Source: Gammaproteobacteria bacterium | Lineage (GTDB): Bacteria > Pseudomonadota > Gammaproteobacteria > UBA4575 | NCBI GenBank assembly: GCA_965227695.1 | Contig: OZ245760.1 | Location: 174,619-238,618 of the forward strand | Reading direction: 5' to 3' | Length of the DNA: 64,000 nucleotides | In this document: positions 9,627-19,014 of the stretch, piece by piece | Position numbering within the stretch: position 1 is the stretch's first letter | Layout: each line of letters begins with the position of its first letter | Notes under the pieces: model-generated | Told to the model about the DNA's origin: nothing | The model's input: only the letters and a program-made list of their open reading frames with translations | The model's database searches: none | Program-made: the position numbers and the translations under genes

Positions 9627-10072
9627 TATCGTTTTCGTGATCGTCGCCTGCCTTTATAGGCAGATATCTCCTGCATTATCAGTCCGTAGGGGAGCTGATC
9701 TATCGTAGAGTACTTTTTAATGGCGAGGTTCAGAACATGATGGATATCCTGTTCGTCATAATCAGCAGGTTCAACTGTTTTTACCAGGCCCTTGATACCG
9801 CCATTTTGTATTTTTATTTCAGTATTATGCGGAAGCGGTTCTTCTACGCTGGTTTGCTGTATTAAAAATCGGGCTTTTTGTCTCAACTTTTCCAGTAACT
9901 GTGTACACATCTGCTGGGCCTGCGGTGAGCGACACGCGACTCCCTCGCGATCTGCCAAATTGAATCGTCTCGCTAAAGCGCAGTTACATACTCGCGAGTT
10001 AATCGCTTTTTCGTAGACACAACGAGTGTGGTTAAGTGTTTGATAGGCAGAGCGATATTCTTTTTCGTCCAT
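9626..10072 (-). CDS. Hypothetical Cys-rich protein
   Basis: 148 aa with RCVYEKAINSRVCNC...REGVAC...C; stop codon overlaps the UDG start (translational coupling). Confidence 0.75.
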   Translation of the reverse strand: MDEKEYRSAYQTLNHTRCVYEKAINSRVCNCALARRFNLADREGVACRSPQAQQMCTQLLEKLRQKARFLIQQTSVEEPLPHNTEIKIQNGGIKGLVKTVEPADYDEQDIHHVLNLAIKKYSTIDQLPYGLIMQEISAYKGRRRSRKR

Positions 10073-10097
10073 TGATTAACCAGACTCAGCTAACGCC

Positions 10098-10337
10098 CTA
10101 TTTTTCCCATTCACGCAAAATAGGCGCATCGCGGTTTTCAGTCAGTCTCGATTCTGCCATCTCTTCATTATCGGCAAACATAATTTTAATATCACTGGCA
10201 TCCTTAACCTTCAGTTCTTCACGTAGCTGGCGCGCAAAGGCCTTTGCCTGCTTATAATCATCAAAACTATCTTGAAATTCAGCTGACCGTACAGCACCAT
10301 TGGTGCCCTTAGTTAAATGAAATACAAAATAAGGCAT
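10098..10337 (-). CDS. Hypothetical protein
   Basis: 79 aa (MPYFVF...YKQAKAFARQLR...KIMFADNEEMAE); first of three tightly packed co-oriented genes. Confidence 0.75.
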   Translation of the reverse strand: MPYFVFHLTKGTNGAVRSAEFQDSFDDYKQAKAFARQLREELKVKDASDIKIMFADNEEMAESRLTENRDAPILREWEK

Positions 10338-10486
10338 AATTATCTGCTCTGTGGTTGATCAGCAGTCATTTAAACACTGTTACATACATATGAAAATAAC
10401 CTTGTCGGGGAAGATCTAGCTCTGTCTGGCCGGAGAAACCCTGTATTTTTTATTTGCATTTTCACATTCTTTTAAACGACATAGCG

Positions 10487-10816
10487 ATGAAAAACTCATT
10501 TACATTTGCAACCAAATTAGACGAAGTCCCACCAGGCAAAACTAAAAAGATCTGTTTTCCGCAACAAAGCCCTGTCTTACTGGCAAATGTTAATGGCCAT
10601 ATCTATGCAGTGGATGACACCTGCACGCACGAAGACTCGTCACTTTCTCTCGGCTGCCTGCGCGAGGATAAGGTAAAATGTACATTGCACGGAAGCTGGT
10701 TTAGTGTCATCACAGGTGAGCCGACGGAAGAACCCGCAGATGAGCCCCTGCAATGCTATCCGGTTAAAATCATTAACAATGAAATCTGGATAGATCTTTC
10801 ACCATCCAAGCATTGA
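10487..10816 (+). CDS. Rieske [2Fe-2S] ferredoxin
   Basis: CTHE...CTLH (CxH/CxxH) ligands; ATG at 10487 preferred over the upstream TTG. Confidence 0.9.
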   Translation: MKNSFTFATKLDEVPPGKTKKICFPQQSPVLLANVNGHIYAVDDTCTHEDSSLSLGCLREDKVKCTLHGSWFSVITGEPTEEPADEPLQCYPVKIINNEIWIDLSPSKH

Positions 10817-11032
10817 GCTATAAATTGTCCGCAGGGTAATTAACGATGCGCTTTTAGTGTGTGTATAGCAGTGAGCAACCGACTCATCCTGGCATGGTGT
10901 TAAGCGCAAATGCCACTTTTATGTGCTTATTCCATATCGAGACCATCTACTTCTAATGGCCCGTCATTAATAACCTAATGAAAATAAACAGTATTTATAT
11001 GTGCGCAATGCAGGACGAGTAACTGCCTATGT

Positions 11033-11048
11033 TGGCACTTATATTGCA
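11033..11048 (+). promoter_or_regulatory. Sigma54 (RpoN) -24/-12 promoter
   Basis: TGGCAC-TTATA-TTGCA, a perfect consensus with GG-N10-GC spacing, about 40 bp upstream of the 11089 ORF. Confidence 0.75.
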
Positions 11049-11088
11049 GCATGAATCATGATGTGAGCCCAATTCAAGAGGAGTTTCT

Positions 11089-11352
11089 ATGAAGGCATTA
11101 TGTTTGTGCGCAACACTCGGTTTGTCGACGCTGGTAAATTCATATGCCTGTGATGACATAAAGACAACACAGGCTATCGTTGAATACGTTTGCCATTACT
11201 CTCTGGTCAGTGATACACAATGTCGTATATGGAAAGAAGACGTACGGCAGATGAACCAAAACAATGAGATCATTATTGATTCATTTATTGGCTGGGATAA
11301 AAAAATGGCGTCGGAGCAACATACCGTCGCTGAAGCCATACCCGGCCAATAG
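11089..11352 (+). CDS. Small secreted hypothetical protein
   Basis: GAGGAG RBS; signal-peptide-like N-terminus (MKALCLCATLGLSTLVNSYA); preceded by a sigma54 promoter. Confidence 0.65.
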   Translation: MKALCLCATLGLSTLVNSYACDDIKTTQAIVEYVCHYSLVSDTQCRIWKEDVRQMNQNNEIIIDSFIGWDKKMASEQHTVAEAIPGQ

Positions 11353-11378
11353 TCTATTACGTTTGTATTAGCATGCTC

Positions 11379-11398
11379 CATCCCTGGACACAGGGATG
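11379..11398. terminator. Hairpin between the convergent 11089 ORF and soeC (possible terminator)
   Basis: CATCCCTG-gaca-CAGGGATG stem-loop; no strong U-tract. Confidence 0.35.
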
Positions 11399-11413
11399 CA
11401 GACCAAGACTAGT

Positions 11414-12352
11414 TTAACACTGTTGCATACCATGATACAGATTTACGACATGGCGTGCTTCTGCAAAAAATAGCCAACGCTCAATCAGCACCCCGGCAAA
11501 GGCACTGACGACGGCTATTGTGCTGGCCAAAACCACCGGTAACACATGGATACCGGCCCATAGCATTAATGCAGGTAATACAAAAGCAAGTAGCAATACC
11601 AGCCAGCGCAACACAATTAAACGAGCACGGGCAACCTGGTAACCGAACTCATCGGTAAGAAAAGTGCCTGCTGTATGTCCTACATCCAGCAGGCGGACCA
11701 TACTACGTGTAAAAGCAGTGGCAGTATTTATATTTGGACCCGCCGGCGTTCCAATCCAGAAGAAGTAAACCACTTTGGCGATTGCAGCAATGGTAATAAC
11801 ATAGATTGCGCTCATCACAAGACTGGCTGTAACCATCCCGTGAACAGATGCCAGCAGAATAAAAATCAAGCCACCCAGCATGACACCAAGCAAAATATAA
11901 TTTACGGGGGTTAATGCATTATGCCACTGACGAATTGTTTTAAGGCAGGCATAAATCATTCCGGTCGAAAAAATGATTACGATTGACCAGATCGCAGCAA
12001 GTAAGGAGATCAACACGAACCAGTGACCGTCATCCATACCACGCCATATAGAAAACATGTACAACCCTGCAATAGGATAAAACAATACCGCAAGCAGTCC
12101 CTCACGCGCCAGCCAGGAAGTTCTCACACGGCTGAATGCCCGCCATGCATTTTTTGGATTTGCCAAATGGAATGTTGATGACACTAAGCCAAGTGTGATC
12201 AGTGTCAGCGCAATGATACACGCGGCAAGTACGCCACTCGCACCCAATTCGCTGCCAGGGTTAACAAGATGATACAGAATTGTTATCGCGAACAGGCCAT
12301 AACCTGCCCCGGAGGTTACGGTAAAAAATATAACTGAAAATGCCGGATGCAT
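11414..12352 (-). CDS. soeC: Sulfite:quinone oxidoreductase membrane anchor subunit SoeC (DmsC/NrfD-like)
   Basis: MHPAFSVIFFT..SGAGYG, SSTFHLANPKNAWRAFS..RTSWLARE, MIYACLKTI and ERWLFFAEA.HVV motifs; third gene of the operon. Confidence 0.9.
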   Translation of the reverse strand: MHPAFSVIFFTVTSGAGYGLFAITILYHLVNPGSELGASGVLAACIIALTLITLGLVSSTFHLANPKNAWRAFSRVRTSWLAREGLLAVLFYPIAGLYMFSIWRGMDDGHWFVLISLLAAIWSIVIIFSTGMIYACLKTIRQWHNALTPVNYILLGVMLGGLIFILLASVHGMVTASLVMSAIYVITIAAIAKVVYFFWIGTPAGPNINTATAFTRSMVRLLDVGHTAGTFLTDEFGYQVARARLIVLRWLVLLLAFVLPALMLWAGIHVLPVVLASTIAVVSAFAGVLIERWLFFAEARHVVNLYHGMQQC

Positions 12353-12370
12353 TGATCTTCCTTGATATGT

Positions 12371-13063
12371 TTATCTGGTCACCAGACGATTAACCCAATC
12401 TTTAACTTTATTGATTGGATTTGTTTCATTGATATATGTTTCAACATGCTTTTTTTCTCGTGGCGGCAAATATTTATTTACCGGCTCGTACCCAAGTTCA
12501 GGCATCAGTGATTTTCCATTGCGTTCGCGGGTGATGACCGATACTTCTGAATTCGGGTCATCAAAATCACCAAAATAGCGTGCATGTGCCGGGCAAGTCA
12601 TCACGCAGGCAGGCTTGCGTTCATCTTCAGGCAAATTGTTGTCGTAAATTCGATCAACGCATAATGTGCATTTTTTCATTACGCCATCTTCACGATCCAG
12701 TTCACGCGCACCATACGGGCATGCCCATGCACAATAATTACAACCCATGCATTTATCCTGATCGACCAGCACGATCCCATCTTCCTCACGCTTATAAGAA
12801 GCACCAGTCGGACAAACAGTCACACAGGCTGCATCATCACAATGCATACAGGACATTGGAAAATGTACTGTTTTACTGTTTGGGTAATCACCAACCTCAT
12901 AATTTCTGATGCGGTTGAACCATACGCCGGTTGGATCTTTTCCGTATGGCTCAAAATCTGTCAGTGGTCCTGTAGTTCCTGATGTATTCCATTGTTTACA
13001 GGCTACAGCACATGCATTACAACCCACGCATGTGTCCAGATCTATTACCAGTCCTAGCTTCAT
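12371..13063 (-). CDS. soeB: Sulfite:quinone oxidoreductase Fe-S subunit SoeB
   Basis: Four [4Fe-4S] Cys motifs (CVGCNACAVAC, CMHCDDAAC..VCP, CMGCNYCAWACP, CTLC...CVMTCP). Confidence 0.92.
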   Translation of the reverse strand: MKLGLVIDLDTCVGCNACAVACKQWNTSGTTGPLTDFEPYGKDPTGVWFNRIRNYEVGDYPNSKTVHFPMSCMHCDDAACVTVCPTGASYKREEDGIVLVDQDKCMGCNYCAWACPYGARELDREDGVMKKCTLCVDRIYDNNLPEDERKPACVMTCPAHARYFGDFDDPNSEVSVITRERNGKSLMPELGYEPVNKYLPPREKKHVETYINETNPINKVKDWVNRLVTR

Positions 13064-13069
13064 TATTAA

Positions 13070-15973
13070 TTACTTCCTTTTGGTTTTACCACGCATCAGA
13101 ATATCTTTCAGTGAACGATTGATTCCTACCGCCTTGTGTGTCTGATAACGTAACTTGTCTTTTTTAATTTCTGACCCGGGCAGTGGTTTAATTGTCTCGA
13201 AGTTCGGCCAGACACCTATCTCACCTTTCCTGGCAGGATAGACTTTGACCTGCAAGTCATACCAGGCTGCCTGGCCCGTAATAGGATCTGAGTTTGTTAT
13301 CGGGCGTCCGGTATCACCGCACGGCAGATGCTCATTAATTATGTGATTCAGCAAAAATCCCTGATTGGATTCATTCGCGTCCGGATCAAGCCCCCATGCG
13401 CCGCGCTGTTTGCCAATCGCATTCCAGGTCCAGATCGTATGCTTTTCTGTCCCTTCCATTAACTTCACTTGCACGCGGATCCTGCCGGTTTTGGATTCGA
13501 CCCAGATCCAGGACAAATCTTCAATGCCCATATCTTCTGCCTGCTGGCGATTCATATACATATAATTTTGGGCCAGTAACTGACGCAACCAGGCATTTTG
13601 TGAATCCCAGGAGTGATACATCATCATCGGACGCTGTGTTATCGCATGAAACGGGTATTCTTCCGGTGATGTACAGCGCTGTTCGAGCGGAATAAAGTAT
13701 TCCGGCAGAGGGTCAAAGAAACGTGATGTACGATACTGATCGCGCTCATCCCTGGGCTGGGGTCCATCATATAAACCCAAACCCGCCAGACGAAATTTCT
13801 GTAATGTTTCCGAGTAAAGCTCCATGATAATCGGCTCGGACCGGTCTATGAAACCCGCCTGCTTGGCAAATTCCAGATAATCCTTGTTGGCAAAACGATA
13901 AAATCGTTCGTGCTTTGCCAGGCGATATTCAAAGAAGCATTCATTTTCTACATATCGATCCCATTGATTCGGATTAGGCTCACCACGCAGACATTTTTCA
14001 CCGTCTTCACCTCGCCAGCCGGCGAGAAAACCGATACCGGGAGTTTTTTCATAATTGACAATAAAATCTTTATAGTCTTTGTACTTGGGCGATCCGTCTT
14101 CATTAATAAAAGCGGGGAACTTAAGGCGTGACGCCATCTCTACCATCACTTCCTGCCAGGGACGAACGTCAGATGTCGGTTCCACAACAGGTGCCCTGAT
14201 GGCGTCACATACTGCATCCGGTTCGGAGATGGGTCTGTCCAGCATTGAAATAGTGTCGTAACGCTCGAGATAAGTTGTATCCGGCAAGACCAGATCTGCA
14301 AACGCAACGATCTCTGAATGAAAAGCGTCCACGACCGTCAGGAACGGCAGTTTATATTCACCGTTTTCATCTTTCTCGCGCAAAAGATCGCGGACTTTTC
14401 CAGTATTCATGGAAGAGTTCCAACTCATATTTGCCATAAAGAAAATGAGTGTATCGATTGGATAGGGATCCCCATTCACGGCATTGGTGATAACCATATG
14501 CATCAGGCCATGGTTGGCGATCGGCGCTTCCCACGAATAGGCTTTATCTATGCGCAGCGGATTACCCTCATCATCGATAACAAGGTCTTCAGGGCAGGTA
14601 GGAAATCCAAGCGGTGGACTATCCAGCGCTTCACCTGGCGCTTTTGGTTTCGCCGGCTTATTTGGCGGACATACATGCTTGGGGTAAGGAGGCTTGGCCA
14701 AATGACCGCCTGGCACATCAACGCTACCAAGAAGCACCTGCAGCAAATGAATAGCACGACAGGCCTGAAATCCGTTGGAGTGTGCCGAGATACCACGCAT
14801 CGCGTGCATCGAGACAGGACGTCCAATAAAGCTGTCATGCTTGCGACCTGCCCAATCTGTCCATTCCGTTTTTATTTCAATACTTTCTTCAAATGCCACA
14901 TGCGCCATCTCCATGGCAAGTCGCTCAATCATTTCAGCCGGCACACCACATACTTTGGTTGCATTCTCAGGCGCATACTCATCTGAAAGATAGCGTTCGG
15001 CAAGGAGAGTAAAGGCCGTTTTGACTGTAGTGCCCTCGGGGGTTTGGTATTCACCAAACAGGGCCGGTTTGATGTCCGCAAGTGTGGCATCAACAAATGT
15101 GTTCTTTTCCAGATCCCACGCCAGTGGCTTGTCCTGTTCATTGCGATATATCAGACCATCGCCCTTTTCGTAGGGAGTGTGCACCACGAGGTGAGTGGAA
15201 TTGGTATAACGAACTATATATTCCCAGTCAAAAAGGTCATGCTTCAATAAAACATGCACCATGGACAATGCCAGCATCGCGTCTGTACCCGGTTTAATCG
15301 GCACCCACTCATCTGCAATGGCCTGGTACCCGGTGCGCACCGGGTTAATTGAAACAAACTTGGCACCGCGACGCTTTAACTTTTCCAGTCCAATTTTAAT
15401 GGGATTTGATGAGTGATCCTCGGCCACCCCCCATAACATAAAATATTTAGTTCTGTCCCAATCCGGATCCCCGAATTCCCAGAAGGCATGACCTATGGTG
15501 TATAAGCCTCCGGCGGCCATATTTACCGAGCAAAATCCTCCATGCGCTGCCCAGTTCACGGTACCGAACTGCTGAGCCCAAAAGCCCGTCAATGCCTGCA
15601 TCTGGTCCCGGCCGGTAAAGAATGCCAGCTTTTTGGGATCGGTTTCACGAATTTTTTGCAGCCTCTGCGTCAGATAGTCGAGTGCGGTCTCCCAACTGAC
15701 AGGCACAAAATCACCTTCCCCGCGTTCACTACCTTCGCGACGCATCAGCGGCTGAGTAAGCTTGGCCGGTGAATTCTGCTTCATAATTCCGGCGTTGCCT
15801 TTCGCACACAGCACACCTTTATTAATCGGGTGATGCTTGTTTCCCTGAATAAAACGCACCTGGTTATCTTCTACTGTCACCTTAATACCGCAGCGACACG
15901 CACACATGTAGCAGGTAGTGTACTTGTGTTCTTGCTTACTATGATCTTCAAATTGGGGTAACTTTGATGGCAC
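13070..15973 (-). CDS. soeA: Sulfite:quinone oxidoreductase molybdopterin subunit SoeA
   Basis: N-terminal TTCYMCACRCG...LC Fe-S motif, no Tat signal (cytoplasmic); AAHGGFCSVNM, HAMRGISAHSNGF and MYHSWDSQNAWLRQ motifs characteristic of SoeA. Confidence 0.92.
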   Translation of the reverse strand: MPSKLPQFEDHSKQEHKYTTCYMCACRCGIKVTVEDNQVRFIQGNKHHPINKGVLCAKGNAGIMKQNSPAKLTQPLMRREGSERGEGDFVPVSWETALDYLTQRLQKIRETDPKKLAFFTGRDQMQALTGFWAQQFGTVNWAAHGGFCSVNMAAGGLYTIGHAFWEFGDPDWDRTKYFMLWGVAEDHSSNPIKIGLEKLKRRGAKFVSINPVRTGYQAIADEWVPIKPGTDAMLALSMVHVLLKHDLFDWEYIVRYTNSTHLVVHTPYEKGDGLIYRNEQDKPLAWDLEKNTFVDATLADIKPALFGEYQTPEGTTVKTAFTLLAERYLSDEYAPENATKVCGVPAEMIERLAMEMAHVAFEESIEIKTEWTDWAGRKHDSFIGRPVSMHAMRGISAHSNGFQACRAIHLLQVLLGSVDVPGGHLAKPPYPKHVCPPNKPAKPKAPGEALDSPPLGFPTCPEDLVIDDEGNPLRIDKAYSWEAPIANHGLMHMVITNAVNGDPYPIDTLIFFMANMSWNSSMNTGKVRDLLREKDENGEYKLPFLTVVDAFHSEIVAFADLVLPDTTYLERYDTISMLDRPISEPDAVCDAIRAPVVEPTSDVRPWQEVMVEMASRLKFPAFINEDGSPKYKDYKDFIVNYEKTPGIGFLAGWRGEDGEKCLRGEPNPNQWDRYVENECFFEYRLAKHERFYRFANKDYLEFAKQAGFIDRSEPIIMELYSETLQKFRLAGLGLYDGPQPRDERDQYRTSRFFDPLPEYFIPLEQRCTSPEEYPFHAITQRPMMMYHSWDSQNAWLRQLLAQNYMYMNRQQAEDMGIEDLSWIWVESKTGRIRVQVKLMEGTEKHTIWTWNAIGKQRGAWGLDPDANESNQGFLLNHIINEHLPCGDTGRPITNSDPITGQAAWYDLQVKVYPARKGEIGVWPNFETIKPLPGSEIKKDKLRYQTHKAVGINRSLKDILMRGKTKRK

Positions 15974-16272
15974 CGTTGTTCCTTTATGGGTATTTTGCTC
16001 GTCGCTGAGCGGCCTGTTGGTAATAAACTGGCTTTATCCAGGGAATAAGTACAGCTTAATATTCTTATACACTAACGTAAATACGGCTAATAGCCAATTA
16101 AACTTGCTAATACCTATATAGCGCTGGCCTCCCGCGGGGCGGCACATTACATACCATCTTCCATTTTCATGCAATACTCTCAACTGTCTGATTTTAATGA
16201 TTTTATTGAGATATTCGCGTTTTTTATGGCGATCATGTAATGTGGATTGACTAACTTCTCGAGTGACTGATC

Positions 16273-16959
16273 ATGGAAGCATATGAGGGACTTGTTCAGA
16301 CCATTGCCTTAACGCTGGGTGTCGCCTGGGCCAGTGGCATCAATCTGTACGCGACGCTGGTGGCGCTTGGCATCATGACACAAACCGGCTACGTTGAGCT
16401 TCCGCCTGATCTTCAGGTGCTAGCGGATCCCCTGGTGATCGTCGCGGCTGGCTTTATGTACTTGGTCGAATTTTTTGCTGACAAGGTCCCCGGGGTAGAT
16501 ACCGGATGGGATACCTTGCACACCTTTGTACGTATACCTGCCGGCGCCATATTAGCTGCCAGTGCCCTGGGTGACGTTTCTGTTGCCGCCGAAATTGCTG
16601 CGGCAATTGTCGGGGGAACCATTGCGGCGGGCACTCATTTCACAAAAGCTGGTACCCGTGTCATGATTAATACTTCACCAGAGCCATTTTCAAACTGGAC
16701 TGCATCAATTACAGAAGATATTGCCGTCATTGCAGGTTTATGGGCGGCACTTCAGCACCCGGTATTTTTCCTGATACTGCTCGTCCTGTTTATCATGCTC
16801 ATGGTTTGGCTGTTACCAAGATTATTTCGCGCCATCAAAAAAGTGGTCGGTTTTTTCATTAATTTCATTTCCGGCTCAAAGGCAACAGAGAACACCAAAA
16901 AATCCGTCCCGGTCACGTCTGCACAAGCTGCTGAAACAAACAAAATGACCCAACAATAA
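16273..16959 (+). CDS. DUF4126 family membrane protein
   Basis: WASGINLYA, EFFADKVPGVDTGWD and INTSPEPFSNW motifs. Confidence 0.85.
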   Translation: MEAYEGLVQTIALTLGVAWASGINLYATLVALGIMTQTGYVELPPDLQVLADPLVIVAAGFMYLVEFFADKVPGVDTGWDTLHTFVRIPAGAILAASALGDVSVAAEIAAAIVGGTIAAGTHFTKAGTRVMINTSPEPFSNWTASITEDIAVIAGLWAALQHPVFFLILLVLFIMLMVWLLPRLFRAIKKVVGFFINFISGSKATENTKKSVPVTSAQAAETNKMTQQ

Positions 16960-17089
16960 ACGGACCAGATTATCTACAATTGGGTGTCTTTTCCTACTAC
17001 TAACTAATTGTTCTAAAAACGATGTAAGCCCGGTAAACTACCGGGCCGTTACATACAATCCGCCATGCAAGGACATAAAGGCAAACACT

Positions 17090-17839
17090 ATGTCAGACTC
17101 CAACTGGGTAGACGCTAAAGTAATTGAGAACTTACACTGGACTGATGCATTATATTCCATAAAAGTGGAAGCAGAGATCGGCGACTACACAGCCGGCCAG
17201 TTTGGACGCCTTGGGTTAATGATCGATGACAAAATCGTAGGTCGCCCCTATTCTTTTGTCAGCGCACCGCATGAAGAATATTATGAATTTTATTCCATTA
17301 ATGTTCCTGAAGGCCTGTTATCGCCAAAACTTGCTGCGCTTAAGCCAGGAGATCATGTTTACCTCGGCAAAAAGGCCAATGGTTTTTTAGTCCTTGATGA
17401 AATACCTGAAAGTGATGATTTATGGATGATTGCGACAGGCACTGGTATTGGCCCATTTCTCTCGATCCTAAAAACCCAACAACCCTGGGAACGATTTAAC
17501 AAATGCGTATTGGTGCATGCAGTACGCACCGCGGCTGAATTAACTTACCGCGACTTAATTGATGACATAAAAGCCCGGCATCCCGACCAGTTTATATACA
17601 TCCCTTTTGTCAGCCGTGAAAAAACCGATTTTGCATTGCCGGGACGCGTGCCGAAGGCACTGAAAAAAGGTACTTTGGAAGCGCGCGCACAGCTCAACAT
17701 TGAGAATGGTAAATCACAGGTAATGTTATGCGGTAATCCGGATATGGTAAAAGATGTGCGTGAAACGCTGGAAAAACGTGGGCTCACAAAAAATTTACGT
17801 CGAACGCCGGGGAGTATCAGTACTGAAAATTACTGGTAA
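17090..17839 (+). CDS. fpr: Ferredoxin(flavodoxin)-NADP+ reductase
   Basis: RPYS FAD motif, G.LSP, ATGTGIGPF, MLCGNPDM and C-terminal ENYW. Confidence 0.93.
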   Translation: MSDSNWVDAKVIENLHWTDALYSIKVEAEIGDYTAGQFGRLGLMIDDKIVGRPYSFVSAPHEEYYEFYSINVPEGLLSPKLAALKPGDHVYLGKKANGFLVLDEIPESDDLWMIATGTGIGPFLSILKTQQPWERFNKCVLVHAVRTAAELTYRDLIDDIKARHPDQFIYIPFVSREKTDFALPGRVPKALKKGTLEARAQLNIENGKSQVMLCGNPDMVKDVRETLEKRGLTKNLRRTPGSISTENYW

Positions 17840-17900
17840 CAATACCTAATAGATAGTGTGGCATCATGGTACCGGTTGCCAGACTCCCTTCAAATGCACC

Positions 17901-18410
17901 TCACTTTAACTGACGGGGAGTAATCAGGCTGATCATGTTGCCAGACTCTTGCGCAATAGCCTGCCAGTCATCGACACAAAACCGAACGGAATAAACCGCA
18001 CAGGTTGGCAAATTTTGCAGATAGTTCCCGGTCAGGTAATTGCATAATTCTGTCAAGCCCGGGTTATGGCCAATGATCGCAACCTGGTCATCGTGATTAT
18101 CAATATTTTCAATGACGCTGACCAACGTGTTTAAACTGGCCAGATAAAGTGCATCTACATAATTTATTTTTTGTGCAGGGACCTCAATATGCCGATTGAG
18201 CGCATCACAGGTTAGCCTGGCACGCCGCGCGCTACTACAGTAGACATGCTCAATTGTGTAATTATGAGTAGCCAGATATTCGCCAATCAGCGCGGCATCC
18301 CTAAATCCTCTCTTGTTGAGCCCTCGATCATAATCGCCACATTCTTGCTCTAACTCAGATTTTGCGTGACGGATAATATGCAGTGTTTTAAATTTCGTTA
18401 TTTTGCTCAT
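17901..18410 (-). CDS. sixA: SixA-like phosphohistidine phosphatase (histidine phosphatase family)
   Basis: IIRHAKS, SSARRARLT and IIGHNPGL motifs. Confidence 0.85.
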   Translation of the reverse strand: MSKITKFKTLHIIRHAKSELEQECGDYDRGLNKRGFRDAALIGEYLATHNYTIEHVYCSSARRARLTCDALNRHIEVPAQKINYVDALYLASLNTLVSVIENIDNHDDQVAIIGHNPGLTELCNYLTGNYLQNLPTCAVYSVRFCVDDWQAIAQESGNMISLITPRQLK

Positions 18411-18483
18411 TGATGTTTATTGCCTGCCGGAGAACCTGTAGAATAACTTTTAATCCTCACTTATTCCAAGGTAGTAAAATATA

Positions 18484-18909
18484 ATGTGCACTCGCCGGTT
18501 GGTTATCACCTGTCTTATCCCGTTATTGTTTTCAACCCATCTGTTTGCGAACGATGCTATCAGCATTAATCCGGGCATGTGGGAAGTAACAACGCGCATG
18601 ACCTCACCCATGTCACCCAACCCGCGTACTCAAACCAGCGAAGAATGCATCACAGAAAACCTGATTCGCCCCAGCGACCTCGCACCACAGGAAAGTGGAG
18701 AATGCCAGATTACACAAACCAATGTGAGTGGAAACTCACTCAACTGGACAATGCAATGCCATACCCCTGGCGGCAAGATGAGTGGGGAGGGTCACTTTAC
18801 TTCACATGGTAATACCGGCTCCGGCAAAATGACCATGAATATGAATATCGAAGGTCAGTCATTTAGCATGGAAATGTCCTGGGAGGGAAAACGCACTGGC
18901 GATTGTTAA
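18484..18909 (+). CDS. DUF3617 family secreted protein
   Basis: Signal peptide; PGMWEVT, spaced Cys residues and C-terminal GKRTGDC. Confidence 0.8.
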   Translation: MCTRRLVITCLIPLLFSTHLFANDAISINPGMWEVTTRMTSPMSPNPRTQTSEECITENLIRPSDLAPQESGECQITQTNVSGNSLNWTMQCHTPGGKMSGEGHFTSHGNTGSGKMTMNMNIEGQSFSMEMSWEGKRTGDC

Positions 18910-19014
18910 GAACGACAGCCCGGACGCGGCAATAATTTCAATTAAATCATTAGTACAGCGGCGCCAGTCGCTGTTTTTTTATATCACTATCACTTTTTAA
19001 GGAGAAATATTCAC

